This document shows positions 39,600 through 54,500 of a stretch of 64,000 nucleotides of DNA, piece by piece. The notes under the pieces are model-generated. The model saw only the letters and a list, made by a program, of their open reading frames with translations. It did no database searches and was not told the DNA's origin. The stretch lies in NCBI GenBank assembly GCA_013239625.1, contig MU054001.1, positions 7,398,174-7,462,173 on the forward strand, written 5' to 3'. Position 1 is the first letter of the stretch, and the number at the start of each line of letters is the position of its first letter. The translations under genes were made by a program, and so were the position numbers. Origin of the DNA: Lama guanicoe. Lineage: Eukaryota.

Positions 39600-42500
39600 T
39601 ATTGCAGTATTTACATTCACAGTATCTAGGGAATAGGCTGAGACATAAGGATATGTGTTTCTGCATTTAACCTTGCATTTTAAGATAGCTGAATTAAAGC
39701 TTTTCCACATGTTTCATTCTGGGATAATAATGTGTTTGTAAGCCATCCTTCACATACATTTGTGGGTACACAGAGTTTCTGTATTAAGAAGACATTCCTA
39801 CCTATATATATAAATGTGAAATTTGCTCCAACTCGATTTTAAAGTGGAAGCTTCCTTTCCCTTAAACTGGCTCTATGAAACATGCCTAGAAATCAGTTTA
39901 AGTGGTATTACATTTACATTGATATTTAGCATAACTGAATGATCGCTTCTCCACATTTTAGATTCTCAGAATGGAATATCTGTGAAACCATCCTTCACAT
40001 ACTTTGTTGGGAACAGAGAGTTTCTGTGTTTCGGATACATGCATGCTTAACTATATAAGGTGAAGAACTTGTTACAACTCGGTTTTACACTGCTTATTGC
40101 GTATACATTTACAGCGCATTTAGGAAACTTGCTGAAAAAAAAGGGTACGTGTTTCTATATTTAACCTTGTACTTTAACGTAACTGAGTGAAAAATACTCC
40201 AAGTATTCTATTCTGGGATCCCAATGTGTGTGGAAGCCCTCCTTCAGAGACCTTGCTGGGAACACAGAGTTTCTGCGTTATGGCCGCTGCACTACGAATA
40301 TACATAAGGGGATCCCCTCACTTAAACTCAGTTTTCCAGCTCAAAGAGTCTTTTCCTTTAAACCGGCTTTGGGAAAAATGCTGAGATATCACAATAAGTG
40401 TTTCTTGATGTACCTATGCCCTTTATGCTAGATGAAAGGACACCCCTCCACATGCTCCAGTTTGGTATCCAAATAAGTGTAGAAGCCATAATCCACCTAC
40501 TTTGCTGGGAAAAATGAGTTTTGGTGTTAGGGGCACTGCACTACCTATATATATAACTTGAGGCCTATGCTCCAACTCAGTTTTCCAGTGCAAACTTCCT
40601 TTAACTTAAAATTGCTTCTAGTAAACATGCTGAGAAATCAATGTAAGTGCTACTAGATGTACCATAGCACTTTATGCTAGATGAAAAAACGCTGCTCCAC
40701 ATGCTCCATTCTGAGATCCGAATGTGTTTGGAAGCAGTCCTTCAATTAGTTTGTTGGGAACACAGTGTTGGTTTGTTAAGGGAACAAAACTATTTACATA
40801 TCTATGGGAGGCACTCACTCCAACTCGGTTTTCCAGTGCAAACTGCATTTATCTTAAAATTGCCTCTAGGAAACATGCTGAGAAACCAGCATAAGTGCTA
40901 CTAGATGTACCATTGCCCTTAATGCTAGATGAATGAACACTGTGTCACATGTTCTATTCAGGGATCCCAATGTGTGTGAAAGACTTCATTCAGCTACCTT
41001 GCTGGGAACACAGAGTTTCTGTGTTAGGGGCACTACACTACCTGTATACATAAGTTGAGGCACTCGCTCCAAGTAGGTTTTCTAGCACAAACTGCCTTTA
41101 TCTTAAAATTGCCCCTAGGAAACATTCTGAGAAATCAGCATAAGTGCTACTAGATGTACCATTGCCATTATGCTAGATCAATGAACAGTGCTACACATGT
41201 TCGATTCTGGGATTCCAATGTGTGGTAGCAGTCCTTCACATACATTGTTGCGCCACAGAGTTTCTGTCTAAGGGGAACTAAGCTAATTACATATGTACAG
41301 GGAAGAACTTTCTCCAATTCAATTTTCCAGTGCAAACTGCCTTTAAATGCACAAACAGGCTCCGGGAAAAGTGCTGAAAAATCAGAGTAAGTGTTTCTAG
41401 GTGTATCCATGCCCTTTATTCTGGAATAAGGAGCACCTCAGCACATGCTTAATTCTCATATCTCAATGTGTGTGGAAGCTGTCTTTCATGTATCTTGTTA
41501 GGAACACAGAAAATTTGTCTGACATGATCTATGCTACATACATATCTATGGGGAGGCACTCGCTCGACATTGGTTATCCAGTGCAAAAGCCTTTCTTTGA
41601 AAACCAGCTCTAGTAAACATGCTGAGAAATCAGAGTAAGTGTTTCTACAAGTAGTCTGCCCTTTATCCTACATAAAGTATCACCTCTGCACGTGTGAATT
41701 CTCAGATCTGAATGAGTGTGGAAGCCATCTTTAACCTACCTTATTGGGAACACAGAGTTTCTGCATGTGGGGAACTATGCTACTTACATATCTATGGGGA
41801 TGTACCTGCTCTAACTTGGTTTTCTAGTGCAAACTGCCTTTCCTTACCAACAGGCTCTAGGAAACATGCTGAGAAATCACAGGAAGTGTTTCTAGATGTA
41901 CCCCAGCTCCTTATGCTAGATGCAGGAACTACTCTCTACTTGTTCCATTCTCAGATCTGGATGTGTGTGGAAGCCATACTTCACCAACCTGGTTGGGAAT
42001 GCAGAGTTTCTGCTTGAGGTGAACTATGCTACTTACATATCTATGGGGAGGCACTCACTCCAACTGTTTTCTCGCACAAACAGCCTTTGTTTGAAAATCA
42101 GCTCTAGGAAACATGAGAAAAATCACACTAAGTGTTTCTAGATGTCCCTCAGCCATTGATACTAGATGCAGCAACAACTGTCTACTTATTCCATTCTCAG
42201 ATCTGAATGTGTGTGGAAGCCATCCTTCACCTACCTTGTTGGGAATACATAGTTTCTGCTTTAGGAGAACTATGCTGCTTACATATCTATGGGGAAGAAC
42301 TCATTCAACTCAGTTTTCCAGCACAAACAGCCTTCCTTTACAAACCGGCTCTAGGAAACATGCTGAGAAATCCCACTATAAGTTTCAGGATGTCTCCCAG
42401 CCCTTGATGCTACATGCAGCAATGCCAGACTACTTGTTCCATTTTTCAGATTTGAATGTATGTGGAAGCTGTCCTTCATCTACCTTGTTGGGAACACATT

Positions 42501-45500
42501 TTTTCTGCTGCAGGGGAACTACACAACTTACATATCTATGGGGTGTCACACGCTCCAATTCAGTTTTCCAGTTCAAACGGCCTTCCTTTGCAAACCAGCT
42601 CTGGGAAACATGATGGGAATTCACAGTAAGTGTTTCTAGATATGCCACAACCTCATATACTAGAACAGGAATGCCACTCTACTTGTTCCATTCTAAGATC
42701 TGAATGTGTGTGGAAGCAGTCCGAAACCTACCTTGTTGGGAAAGCAGAGTTTTTGCTTCAGGGAAACTATGCTACTTACATATCTATTTGTAGGAACTCC
42801 AACTCGGCTTTCCAGTGCAAACTGCCTTTATTGCAATCTGGCTCTAGGAAACATCTTGACAAATCAGAGTGTTTATACATGTCCAAAGGCCCTTCACCCT
42901 AGATAAAGGAACACCACTGCACATGCTTAATTTTCAGATATCAATGTGTATGAAAGCCACCTTTCATCAACCTTGATGGGAACACAGAGTTTCTCTCTGA
43001 TGGGAAATAAGCTACTTACATATCTATGGGGAGGCACTCACTCCAACACGATTTCCTAGAACAAAATGCCTTTAAATGTAAACCAACTGCAGGAAACAAG
43101 ATGAGAAATCATAGTACATGTTCCCAGAAGTACCCATGCCCTTTATGCTAGATGAAGAATTGCCTCTGCACATGCAGACTTCTAGGATGTGAATGTGTGT
43201 GGAAGCCTTCCTTCACCTACCTTGTTCTGAAAGCAGAGTTTCTGCTTCAGGGAAACTATGCTACTTACATATCTATTTGTAGGAACTAACTCCAACTTGG
43301 TTTTCCAGTGCAAACTGCATTTCTTTGTTAACCAGCTCTAGGAATCATGATGAGAAATCACAGTAATAGTTTATAGAGGTCTCCAGCCCTTGATGCTAGA
43401 TGCAGCAACGCCCTTATACTTGTCAAATTCTCAGATCTGGATGTGTGTGGAAGTCGCCCTACACAAGTTTTTGGGAACCCAGAATATATGGCCTACAGGA
43501 ACAATGCTACTTACATATCTATGAAGAGGCACTCGCTCCTAATTGATATCCCAGAACAAAATGCCTTTAAATGCATCTGGCTGTAGAAAACATGCTGAGA
43601 AATCACAGTAAGTGCTTCTGCATATACTCATACCCTATATTCTAAATAAAGAACGCCACTGCACATGCTCAATTTTCATATCTCAATGTGTGTGGAAGCT
43701 ATTCTTTACCTACCTTGATAGGAACACAGGTTTTCTCACTGAGTGTAAATACACTACTTACATATCTATGGGGAGGCACTCGCTCCACCTTGGTTTCCCA
43801 TCACAAAATGCTTTTAAATGCAAACTGGCTGTAGGAAAGAGGATGAGAAATCATAGTATGTGTTTCCATGTGTACCCATGCCCTTTATAGTAGATGAAAG
43901 ATCGCCCCTGCACACACTATATTATGAGATGTGTAGGTGTGTGGAAGCTGTCCTTCACCTACCTGGTTGGGAAAACAGAGTTTCTTCATGAGGGGAACTA
44001 TGGTATTTTCATATCTATGGGGAGGCATACACGCCAACTCAGTTTTCCAGTGCAAACTGCCTTTCCTTGTAGATAGGCTCTAGGAAGCATTATGAGAAAT
44101 AACAGGAAGTATTACTAGACATCCTCCAACCCTTATGCTAGATGTAGGAATGCCTCTCTACTTGTTCCATTCTCAGATCTGAAAGTGTATGGAAGCTGTC
44201 CTTCACCTAGCTTGTAGCAAACCCAGAAATTCTGGCCTAAGGGGACTACAGTAATTACATAACTATGGATAGGCACATGCTCAAACCAGGATTTCCATGC
44301 CAAACTGATTTACTGTGGAAACCTGCTCTAGGAAACACGCTGAGAAGTCAGAATAAGTGTTTTTAGTAGTCCCTTTGCTTTTTAAATTGGATGAATGAAC
44401 GCCTCAACACATGCTCACTTCTATGATCTGAATGCATGTGGAAGTCATCCGTCAACTAGCTTGTTAGGAACGCATAGTTTTCGGGCTAGGGGAACTATGA
44501 TACTTACATATCTATTGGGAGGCACTCACTCCAAACTGGTGTTCCACTGGAAACAGCTTTTACTTGGAAACTTGCACTAGCAAACTTTCTGAGAAATCAG
44601 TGTTTCTAGATATCTATCTTCCTTTTATGCTGGATGAATGAACGCTACACTACATGCTCACTTCTGAGATCTGAATGTGTGTGGAAGCCGTCCTTTGCAT
44701 AGCTCGTTGAGAACACATAGTTTGTGGCCTAGGGAAAGTATGGAACTTATATATCTATGGGGAGGCTCTCGCTCTAACCTGGTTTTCCACTGCAAACCAC
44801 TTTTATTTTGAAACCTGCTCTAGGAAACATGCTGAGAAATCAGAGTATGTGTTTCTATATGTTCCTCTGCCTTATATGCTGGATGAATTAACTTCTCTTC
44901 ACATGCGTACTTCTGAGATCTGAATGTATGTGGAAGCCATCCCTTCACCATCCTTGTTGGAAACCGAGGGTTTATGGCCTAGGGGAACTTTGCTATTTAC
45001 TTATCTATGGAAAGTCACTTGTTCCAACTGGGTATTCCACACCAAATCGCCTTTACTTGTAATCCGGGTCTAGGAAAATTTCTGAGAAATCAGAGTAAGT
45101 GTTTGAAGATGTCCCCCTCCCCTTTACACTGGGTTAATGAATGCCTCCCCATATGCTCACTTCTGAGATCTGAATGTGTCTGGAAGCTGTCCTTCAACTA
45201 GCTTGTAGGGAACCCAGAGTTTCTGCATGAAGGGAAGTATGATACTTACATATCTATGTGGATATAATCGGTCCAACCCAATTTTCCAGTGCAAACAGCT
45301 TTTATTTGAAAACCGGCTCCAGGAAACATGCTGAGAAATCACAGGATGTATTTCTTGATGTACCCCAACCCCTTATGCTAAATGCAGGAATGCCTCTCTA
45401 CTTGTTCCATTCTGAAATGTGGATGTGTGTGTAAGCCATACTTCACAAACCTGGTTGGGAATGAAGAACTTCTGCTTGAGGGGAACTACGCTACTTACAT

Positions 45501-48500
45501 ATCTAAGGGGAGGCAATCGCTCCAACTTGGTTTTTCAGTGCAAACTGTCTTTGTTTGAAAACCAGTTCTAGGAAACATGTTGAGAAATCACAGTAAATGT
45601 CTCTAGATATTCCCCAGCCCTTGATATTAATGCAGCAACAACTGTCTACTTATTCCATTCTCAGATCTGAATGTGTGTGAAAGTCATCCTTCACTTACCT
45701 TGTGGGGAACAGAGTTTCTGCTTGAGGGGCACTATGCTTTTTACATATCTATGGGGTGGCATTCACTGCAACCCGGTTTTCCAGTGCAAACTGCCTTCTT
45801 TGCAAACCGGCTCTGGGAAACATGCTGAGAAATCCAAATAAATGTTACTAGATATCCCCCAGCCCATTATCTTGCATGCAGAAACGCCTCTCTAGTGGTT
45901 CCAATCTGATATTTGAATGTATGTTAAAGCTGTCCTTCATCTACCTTGTTGGAAAAGCAGAGTTCCTGCTTGAGGGGAACTATGATACTTACATACCTAT
46001 TGGGAGGCATTCGCTGAAACTCAGTTTTCCAGCGCAAACTGCATTTATTGCAAACAAGCTTTATGAAACATGCAGATAAATCAGTGTTTCTACATGTACC
46101 CAAGCCCTTTAACCTATATAAAGGAACGCCACTGGACATGTTCAATTTTCAGATATCAATGTGTATAGAAGGCAACTTTCAACGTACTTGATGGGGACAC
46201 AGAATTTCTTTCTGAGGGGAAATAATCTACTTCCATATCTTTGGGGAGGCACTCGCTTCTACTTGGTTTCCCAGCACAAAATTCCTTTAAAAGCAAACTG
46301 GATGTAGGTAAGAGGATGAGAAATCATTGCATGTGTTCAATTATGTACCCATGCTCTCTATAGTAGATGAAGGATCGCCCCTGCACATGCTGTATTATGA
46401 GATCTGAATGTGTGTGGAAGCCATCCTTCACCTACCTTGTTGGGAACACAGAGTTTCTGTATGAGGGGAACTGCGGTATTTTCATATCTATGGGGAGGCA
46501 TTCATGCCAAGTCAGTTTTGCAGTGCAAACTGCCTTTCCTTGCAAATAGGTTCTAGGAAACATGCTGAGAAACAACTGGAAGTGTTTCTCAACATCCTTC
46601 AATGCTTATGCTAGATGTAGGAATGCCTCTCTACTTGTTCCATTCTAAGATCTGAAAGTGTGTGGTAGCCGTCCTTCACCTAGCATGTAGCAACCCAGAA
46701 ATTCTGGCCTAAGGGTACTGCGGTACTGACATATCAATGGATAGGCACATGCTCAAACAAGGATTTCCATGGCAAAATGAAATACTGTGGAAACCTGCTC
46801 TAGGAATTATGCTGAGAAGTCAGAGTAAGTGTTTTTTGATGTCTCTCTGCTTTTTATGCTGGATGAATGAACGCCTCACCACATGCTCACTTCTGAGATC
46901 TGAATGTGTGTGGAAGCCGTCCTTCACCTAGCTTGTTGGGAATGCAGAGTTTTTGGCCTAGGAAACAATGCTACTTTCATATATATGGGGAGGCATTCGC
47001 TCCAACGGTGGTTTCCACTGCAACCACTTTTACTAGGAAACCGGCATAATGGAAACATGCTGGGTAATCTGAGCAAGTGTTTCTAGGTGTCGTATTGTCC
47101 TTTATGCTGTAAGAATGAACACCTCTCCAATGCTCACTTCTATGATCTGAATGTGTGTGGAAGTGGTCCGTCACCTAGCTTGTTAGGAACTCATAGTTTT
47201 CAGGCTAGGGGAACTATGATACTTACATATCTATTGGGAGGCACTCACTCCAAACCGGTGTTCCACTGGAAACAGCTTTTACTTGGAAACCTGCACTAGC
47301 AAACTTCTGAGAAATCAGAGTGTTTCTAGATATCCATCTGCCTTTTATGCTGGATGAATGAACACTATGCCACATACTCAATTCTGAGATCTGAATGTGT
47401 GCAGAAGTCGTCCTTTGCATAGCCCATTGAGAACCCATAGTTTCTGGCCTAGGGGAAGTATGGAACTTATATATCTATGGGGAGGCTCTCGCTCTAACCT
47501 GGTTTTCCACTGAAACCCACTTTTATTTTGAAACCTGCTCTAGGAACAATGCTGAGAAATCAGTTAGTGGTTTTAGATGTTCCCCTGCCTTATATGCTGG
47601 ATGAATGAAAGTCTTTCCACGTGCTCACTTCTGAGATCTGAATGTGTGTGGAAGCCATCCTTCACCATCCTTGTTGGAAACCGAAGGTTTATGTCCTAGG
47701 GGAACTTTGCTACTTATGTAGCTATGGAAAGTCACTTGTTCCAACTGGGTATTTCACACCAAATTGCCTTTACTTGTAATCCGGGTCTAGGAAAATTTCT
47801 GAGAAATCAGAGTAAGTGTTTGAAGATGTCCCCCTCCTCTTTACACTGGGTTAATGAATGCCTCCCCACATGCTCACTTCTGAGATCTGAATGTGTGTGG
47901 AAGCCATCCTTCAACGAGCTTGTTGGGAACCCAGAGATTTGGTTATAGGGAAACAACGCTACTTACATATCTATGGGAAAGCAGTTGTTCAAACCCAGTT
48001 TCCACTGCAAACCACTTTTACTTGGAAAACAGGCATAGGAAAATGCTTAGATTTTAGAGTAAGTTATTCTAGATGCCCCCTCCCATTTATGAATGTGTGT
48101 GGGAGCCATCTTTCACCTAGCATTTTTGAACCCAGGCATTCAGGCCTAAGCGATCTGCACTAGGTAAATATGTATGGAAAGGTACTCACTCCAACATGAT
48201 ATCAGAGACCAAACCACTTTTACTTGGAAACCTGCTGTAGGAAACATGTTGAGAAATCAGAGTAAGTGTTTCTAGATGACACTTTGCCTTTTATGATGGA
48301 AGCATGAACGCCTCTCCACATGGCCACTTCTGAGATCTGAATGTGTGTCGAAGACGTCGTTAACATGTTGGAAATGAAGACTTTCTGATCTAGGGGAAAT
48401 ACGTTACTTACATATCTATAGGGAGGCACAAACTCCACCCCGATTTTCAACTGCATACTGCTTTTATGTGGAAATCAGCTCTCGGAAACATATTGAGAGA

Positions 48501-51500
48501 TCAGAGTTAGTGTTTCTAGATGTGACTTTGCCTTTTATGTTGAATGAATGGATGCCCCTTCACATGTTCACTTCTGAGATCTGAATGTCTGTGGAAGCTG
48601 TCCTTCACCTAGCTTGTTGGGAACCCAGAGTTTGTTCTTGAGGGGAACTACACTACTTACATATCTATGGGGAGTCACTTGCTGCAAATCGTTTTTCCAG
48701 CACAAACTGCCTTGATTGCAAACTGGCTCTAGGAAACATGCTGATAAATCAGAGTGTTTCTAAATGTACCCAAGCCCTTTACCCTAGATAACTGAATGCC
48801 ACTGGATATGCTCCATTTTCAGATATCAGTGTGTATGGAAGCCATCCTTCACCTACCTTGATGAGAACACATAGTTTATTTCTGAGTGTAAACATGCTAC
48901 TTACATATCTATGGGGAGGCACTCGCTCCTACTCGGTTTCCCAGTGCAAAATGCCTTTAAATGCAAACTGGCTGTAGGAAAGAGGATGAGAAATCATAGT
49001 AAGTGTTTCCATATGTACCCTTGCCCTTTATAGTAGATGAAGGATCGCCCCTGCACATGCTGTATTATGAGATCTGTATGTGTGTGGAAGCTGTCCTTCA
49101 CCTAGCTTGTTGGGAATCCACAGTTTTTGGCCTACGTGATCTACACTACTTACATATCTTTGGGGAGACACTTGCTCCAACCCAGTTTTCCATTTCAAGC
49201 TATTTTCATTTTTAAATCTGCTCTAGGAAATATGCTGAGTAATGAGAGTAAGTGTTTCTAGATATCCCTCTGCCTTTTATGCTGGATGAATTGAACGCCT
49301 CTTCAAATGCTCACTTGTGAGATTTGAATGAGTGTGGATGACGTCCTTCACCTAGCTTGTTGTGAACCCAGAGTTTCTGGCCTAGGGATCTATGGTACTT
49401 ATATATCTATGGAGAGTCACTCGCTTTGACTTTGAAACCTGCCGTAGAAAACATACTGAGTAATCAGACTAAGTGTTCCTAGATGTGACACAGCCCTTTA
49501 TGCTGGACGAAAGAACAACACACCACATGCTCACTTCTGAAATCTGAATGTGTGTGGAAGCCTTCCTTCACCTAGCTTGTTGGGAATGCAGAGTTTTTGG
49601 CCTAGGAAACAATGCTACTTACATATCTATGGGGAGGCATTCGCTCTGACGGTGTTTTCCACTGCAAAGCACTTTTACTAGGAAACCGGCGTAATGGAAA
49701 CATGCTGAGTAAACAGAGTAAGTGTTTCTAGGTGTCGTACTACACTTTATGCTGCATGAATGAACACCTCTCCTATGCTCACTTCTGTGATCTGAATGTG
49801 TGTGGAAGTCATCCATCACCTAGCTTTTTGGGAACCCAGAGTGGAGTCCACGGGAAACTAAGCTGCTTTCATATATATGGGGATGTGCTAGTACGAACTC
49901 GGTATTTCTGCAAACCACTTTATCTTGAAACTGGCTGTGAGAATCATGCTGAGACACCAGTGTATGTGTTTGTGTATGTCACTTAACCTTCAATGCTAGA
50001 TGAAAGAATGCCTCTGTACAGGCTCACTTCTGACATCTGAATGTGTGCTGGAGCCGTCCTTCACCTATCTTGTTGGAAATGCAGGGTTTGTGGCTGAATG
50101 GAACTATGCTACTTTGAAATCTAAGGGGAGGCACTCGCTGCAATGTGGTTTTCTATAGAAAACCACTTTAACATTGAAACCAGTGTTAGAAAACATGTTG
50201 AGAAATCAGAGAATGTGTGTCTAGAAGTCCCTTTGCTTTTTATGCTGGATGAAAGAACCCCTCACCACCTGCTTAATTTTCAGAACTGTATTAGTATGGA
50301 AGCCGTCCTTCACCTATCTTGTTGGGAACCCAGAGTTTTAGTCCAAGGGGAAATAAGTGGCTTTCATATATATGGGGATGCACTAGCACCAACTCGGTTT
50401 TTCACTGCAAACTGCTTTAACTTGAAACCGGCTTTGAGAAACATGCTGAGAAATCAAAGTGTTTCTGTATGTCACTTATACTTCAATGCTGGATGAAAGA
50501 ACACCTCTCCACATACTCATTTTTCACATTGAAAGTGTGTATGAGCCATCCATCACCTCACTAGTTGGAAACACAGAGTATCCAGTCAAGAGTAACTATG
50601 CTAATTACATATCTTAGGGGAAGCATTCACTCCAATGCGGTTTTCCAAAAAAAGACAGCTTTTACTATTAAACTGGCATTAGGAAACATGCTGAGAACTC
50701 AGAGAATGTGTGTCCAGAATTCCCTCTGCATTTCATGCTGGATGAAAGAACACCTCTCCACATACTCAATTTTCAGACTTGTATGTGTGTGGAAGCCATC
50801 AATCACCTAGATTTTTGGGAACCCAGAGTTTGAGTTCAAGTGAAACTAAGGGGCTATCATATATATGGGGACATACTAGCATTAACTCGGTTTTTCACTG
50901 CAAACCACTTTTAATTTAAAACCGACTTTGAGAAACATGCTGAGAAATCAGAGTATGTTTTTCTGTATGTCACATAACTTTCAAAGCTGAATGAAAGAAA
51001 GCCTCTCCACAGGCTCAATTTTCAGACCTGTATGTGTGTGGATGTCATCCTTCACATAAGTTGTTTGAAACCCAGAATTTCTGGTATAGAGGAACTTCCC
51101 TACTTACATTTAAGGAGAGGCACTCACTCCAACATGGTTTTCTACACCAAACTGCTTTTACTTTGACACTGGCTTTAGGGAACCTGCTGAAAAATCAGAG
51201 AATGGGTGTCTAGAAGTCCCTTTGCCTTTTATGCTGGATGAAAGAACGCCTCTCCACATGCTCACTTCTCAGAATTGTTTGCGTGTGGAAGCCATCCTTC
51301 AATTAGATTGTTGAGAACCTAGAGTTTCAGATCTAGGGGAACGTAGGTATTTAGATATCTATGCGGGTGCTCTGGGAACAACAAGATTTCCAATGCAAAA
51401 TGGTATTACTTGAAACAGACTTTGAGAAACATGCTGAGAAATCAGTGTTTCTGTATGTCACTTAAACTTCAATGCTGGATGAAAGAACGCCTCTCCACAA

Positions 51501-54500
51501 GCTCACTACTGACATCTGAATATTTGTTGGAGATGTCCTTCAGCTAACTTGTTGGAAACCATGAGATTCTGGTATAGGGGAACTACACTACTTACTTATC
51601 TAAATGGGGGCACTCGCTTCATCGCGGTTTTCCACAGCAAACCACTTTTACTTTGAAACTGGCTTTGAGAAACATGCTGAGAAACCAGAGAATGTGTGTC
51701 TAGAAGTCCCTCTGCCTATTATGCTGGATGAAAGAATGCTTCTAGACATATTAAATTTTCAGACTTGTAAGTGTGTGGAAGCGGTCCATCACCTAGATGT
51801 TGCAAACCCAGAGTTTGAGTGCAAGTGAATATTTGCTGCTTTCATATATAGGGGACATACTAGCATTAAATAGGTTTTTCACTGCAAACCGCATTTACTT
51901 GAAAGCAGCTATAGAAACATGCTGAGAAATCAGAGAATGTCTGTCTAGATGTAGCTCTGCCTTTTATGATGGATGGAAGAACGCCTCTCCACATTATCAC
52001 TTCTCAGATTTGTATGTGTGTGGAAGCCGTCCTTCACATAGCTTGTTGAGAGCTGACAGTGTCTGACCTAGGGAAACGTCAGTACTCAGATATCTATGTG
52101 GATGCACTGAGACCAACATGGTTTCCACTGTAAACTGCTTTAACATGAAACCGGCTTTGAGAAACATGCTGAGAAATCTGAGTAAGTGTTTCTGTATGTC
52201 ACTTAATCTTCAATTCTAAATGAAAGAATGCCTCTCCACATACTCAAATTTCAGACTTGTATGTGTGTGGAAGCCATCCTTCACCTCACTTGTTGATATC
52301 CCAGAGTATGAGTCCAAGGGAAACAAAGCTGCTTTCATAAATATTTGTACATAGTAGCATCAACTAGGTTTTTCACTGCAAGCCACTTTTACTTGAAAGC
52401 AGCTTTGAGAAACATGCTGAGAAATCAAAGTGTTTCTGTATTTCACTTAACCTTCAATGCTGGATGATAGAACATCTCTCCACAAGCTCACTTGTGATAT
52501 CTGAATTTATGTTGGAGTCGTCCTTCAGCTCACTTTTTGGAAACCCAGAGTTTCTGAATTAGGGGTAATACGCTACTTACATATCTAAGGGGAGGCACTG
52601 GTTCCAACATAGTTTTCCACAAAAGAAGCTTTGACACTGAAACCAGCATTAGGAAACATGCTGAGAATTCAGAGAATGTCTGTGTAGAATTCCCTCTGCG
52701 TTTTAGGCTGGATGAAAGTATGCCTCTCCACATAGACAATTTTCAGATTTGTATATGTGTGGAGGCCGTCTTTCACTTAGCTTTTTACAACCCAGCGTTT
52801 GAGAACAAAGGAAAATTAGCTGCTTTCATATGTATGGGGACATACTAGCATTAACTCAGTTTTTCACTGCAAATCACTTTTACTTGAAACTGGCGTCAGG
52901 AAACATGCTGAGAAATCAGAGTAAGTGTTTCTGTGTGTCACTTAATCTTCAATGCTAAATGAAAGAACACCTCTCCACATGCACAATTTTCATATCTGTA
53001 TGTTTGTGAAAGCTGTCCTTCACCTAACTTGTTGGGAAACCGGAGTTTCAGGCCTAGGGAAACTGCTACTTTCATATATATATGGGGTTCTTCACCTAGC
53101 TTTTTGGAAACAAAGAGATTCTTTTATAGGGGAACTATGCTACTTACATATCTAAGGGGAGGCTCTCGCTTCAACACGGTTTTCCACAGCAAACCACTTT
53201 TACATTGAAACAGGTGTTAGAAAACATGCTGAGAAATCAGAGAATCTGTGTCTAGAAGTCCCTTTGCCTTTTGTGCTGGATAAAGAACGCCTCTCCACAT
53301 ACTCAATTTTCAGACCTTGTATGTGTGTGCAAACCGTCCATCACCTAGACGTGGCGAACCCAGAGTTTAAGTACAAGGGAAGATTTGCTGCTTTCATATA
53401 TAGGGGACATTCTAGCATTAAATTGGTTTTTCACTGCAAACCGCTTTTACTTGGAACCGGCGTTGAGAAACATGCTGAGAAATCAGAGAAAGTATTTCTG
53501 TATGTCACTTAACCTTCAATGCTGGATGAAAGAATGCCTTCCACCAGCTCACTTCTAACTTCTGAATTTGTGTTGGAGATGTTGTTCGCTAAATCTATTG
53601 GAAACCCACAGTTTCTGGTATAGGGTACTATGCTACTTACAGATCTAATTGGAGGCCCTCACTCCAACGAGATTTTCCACACCAAACTGCTTTTACTTTG
53701 AAACCGGCATTAGGAAACATGCTGAGAAATCAGAGAATGTGTGCCTAGAAGTTTCTCTGCCTTTTATGCTGGATGAAAGAACGCCCCTCCACATGATCAC
53801 TTCTCAGATTTATATGTGAGTGGAAGCCGTCCTTCACCTAACTGTTTCAGAACCCAGAGTGTCTGACATAGGGAAACGTTGGTACTTACATATCTATGAT
53901 GAAGCTCTGGGGCCAATACTGTTTTCACTGCAAACCACTTTTACTTGAAACTGGCTTTGAGAAACATGCTGAGAAATCAGCTTAAGTGTTTCTGTATGAC
54001 ACTTAACCTTCAATGCTGGATGAATGAACTCCTCTCCTCAAGCTCATTTCAGACATCTGAAACTGTTTTGGAGACATCCTTCACCTAAGCTGTTGGAAAA
54101 TCAGAGTTTCTACCATAGGGGAACTACGCTACTTACATATCTAGAGATAGGCACTTGCTCCAGTGCAGTTTTCCAAAGCAAACCACTTTTACTTTGAAAC
54201 CAGTGTTAGGAAACAAGCTGAGAAATCAGAGAATTTGTATCTAGAAATACCTCTGGCTTTTATGCTGGGTGAAAGAATGACTCTGCACATACTCAATTTT
54301 CAGACTTGTATGTATGTGGAAGCCATCCTTCACCTAGCTTGTTGAGAACCCAGAGTTTCTGACCTAGATATATGTCGGTACTTACATATCTTTGGAGAAA
54401 CACTGGGACCAACACAGTTTCCTCTGCAAACCACTTTTACTTGAAACCAGCGTTAGGAAGCATGCTGAGAAATCAGAGTTAGTGTTTCTGTATGTCACAT

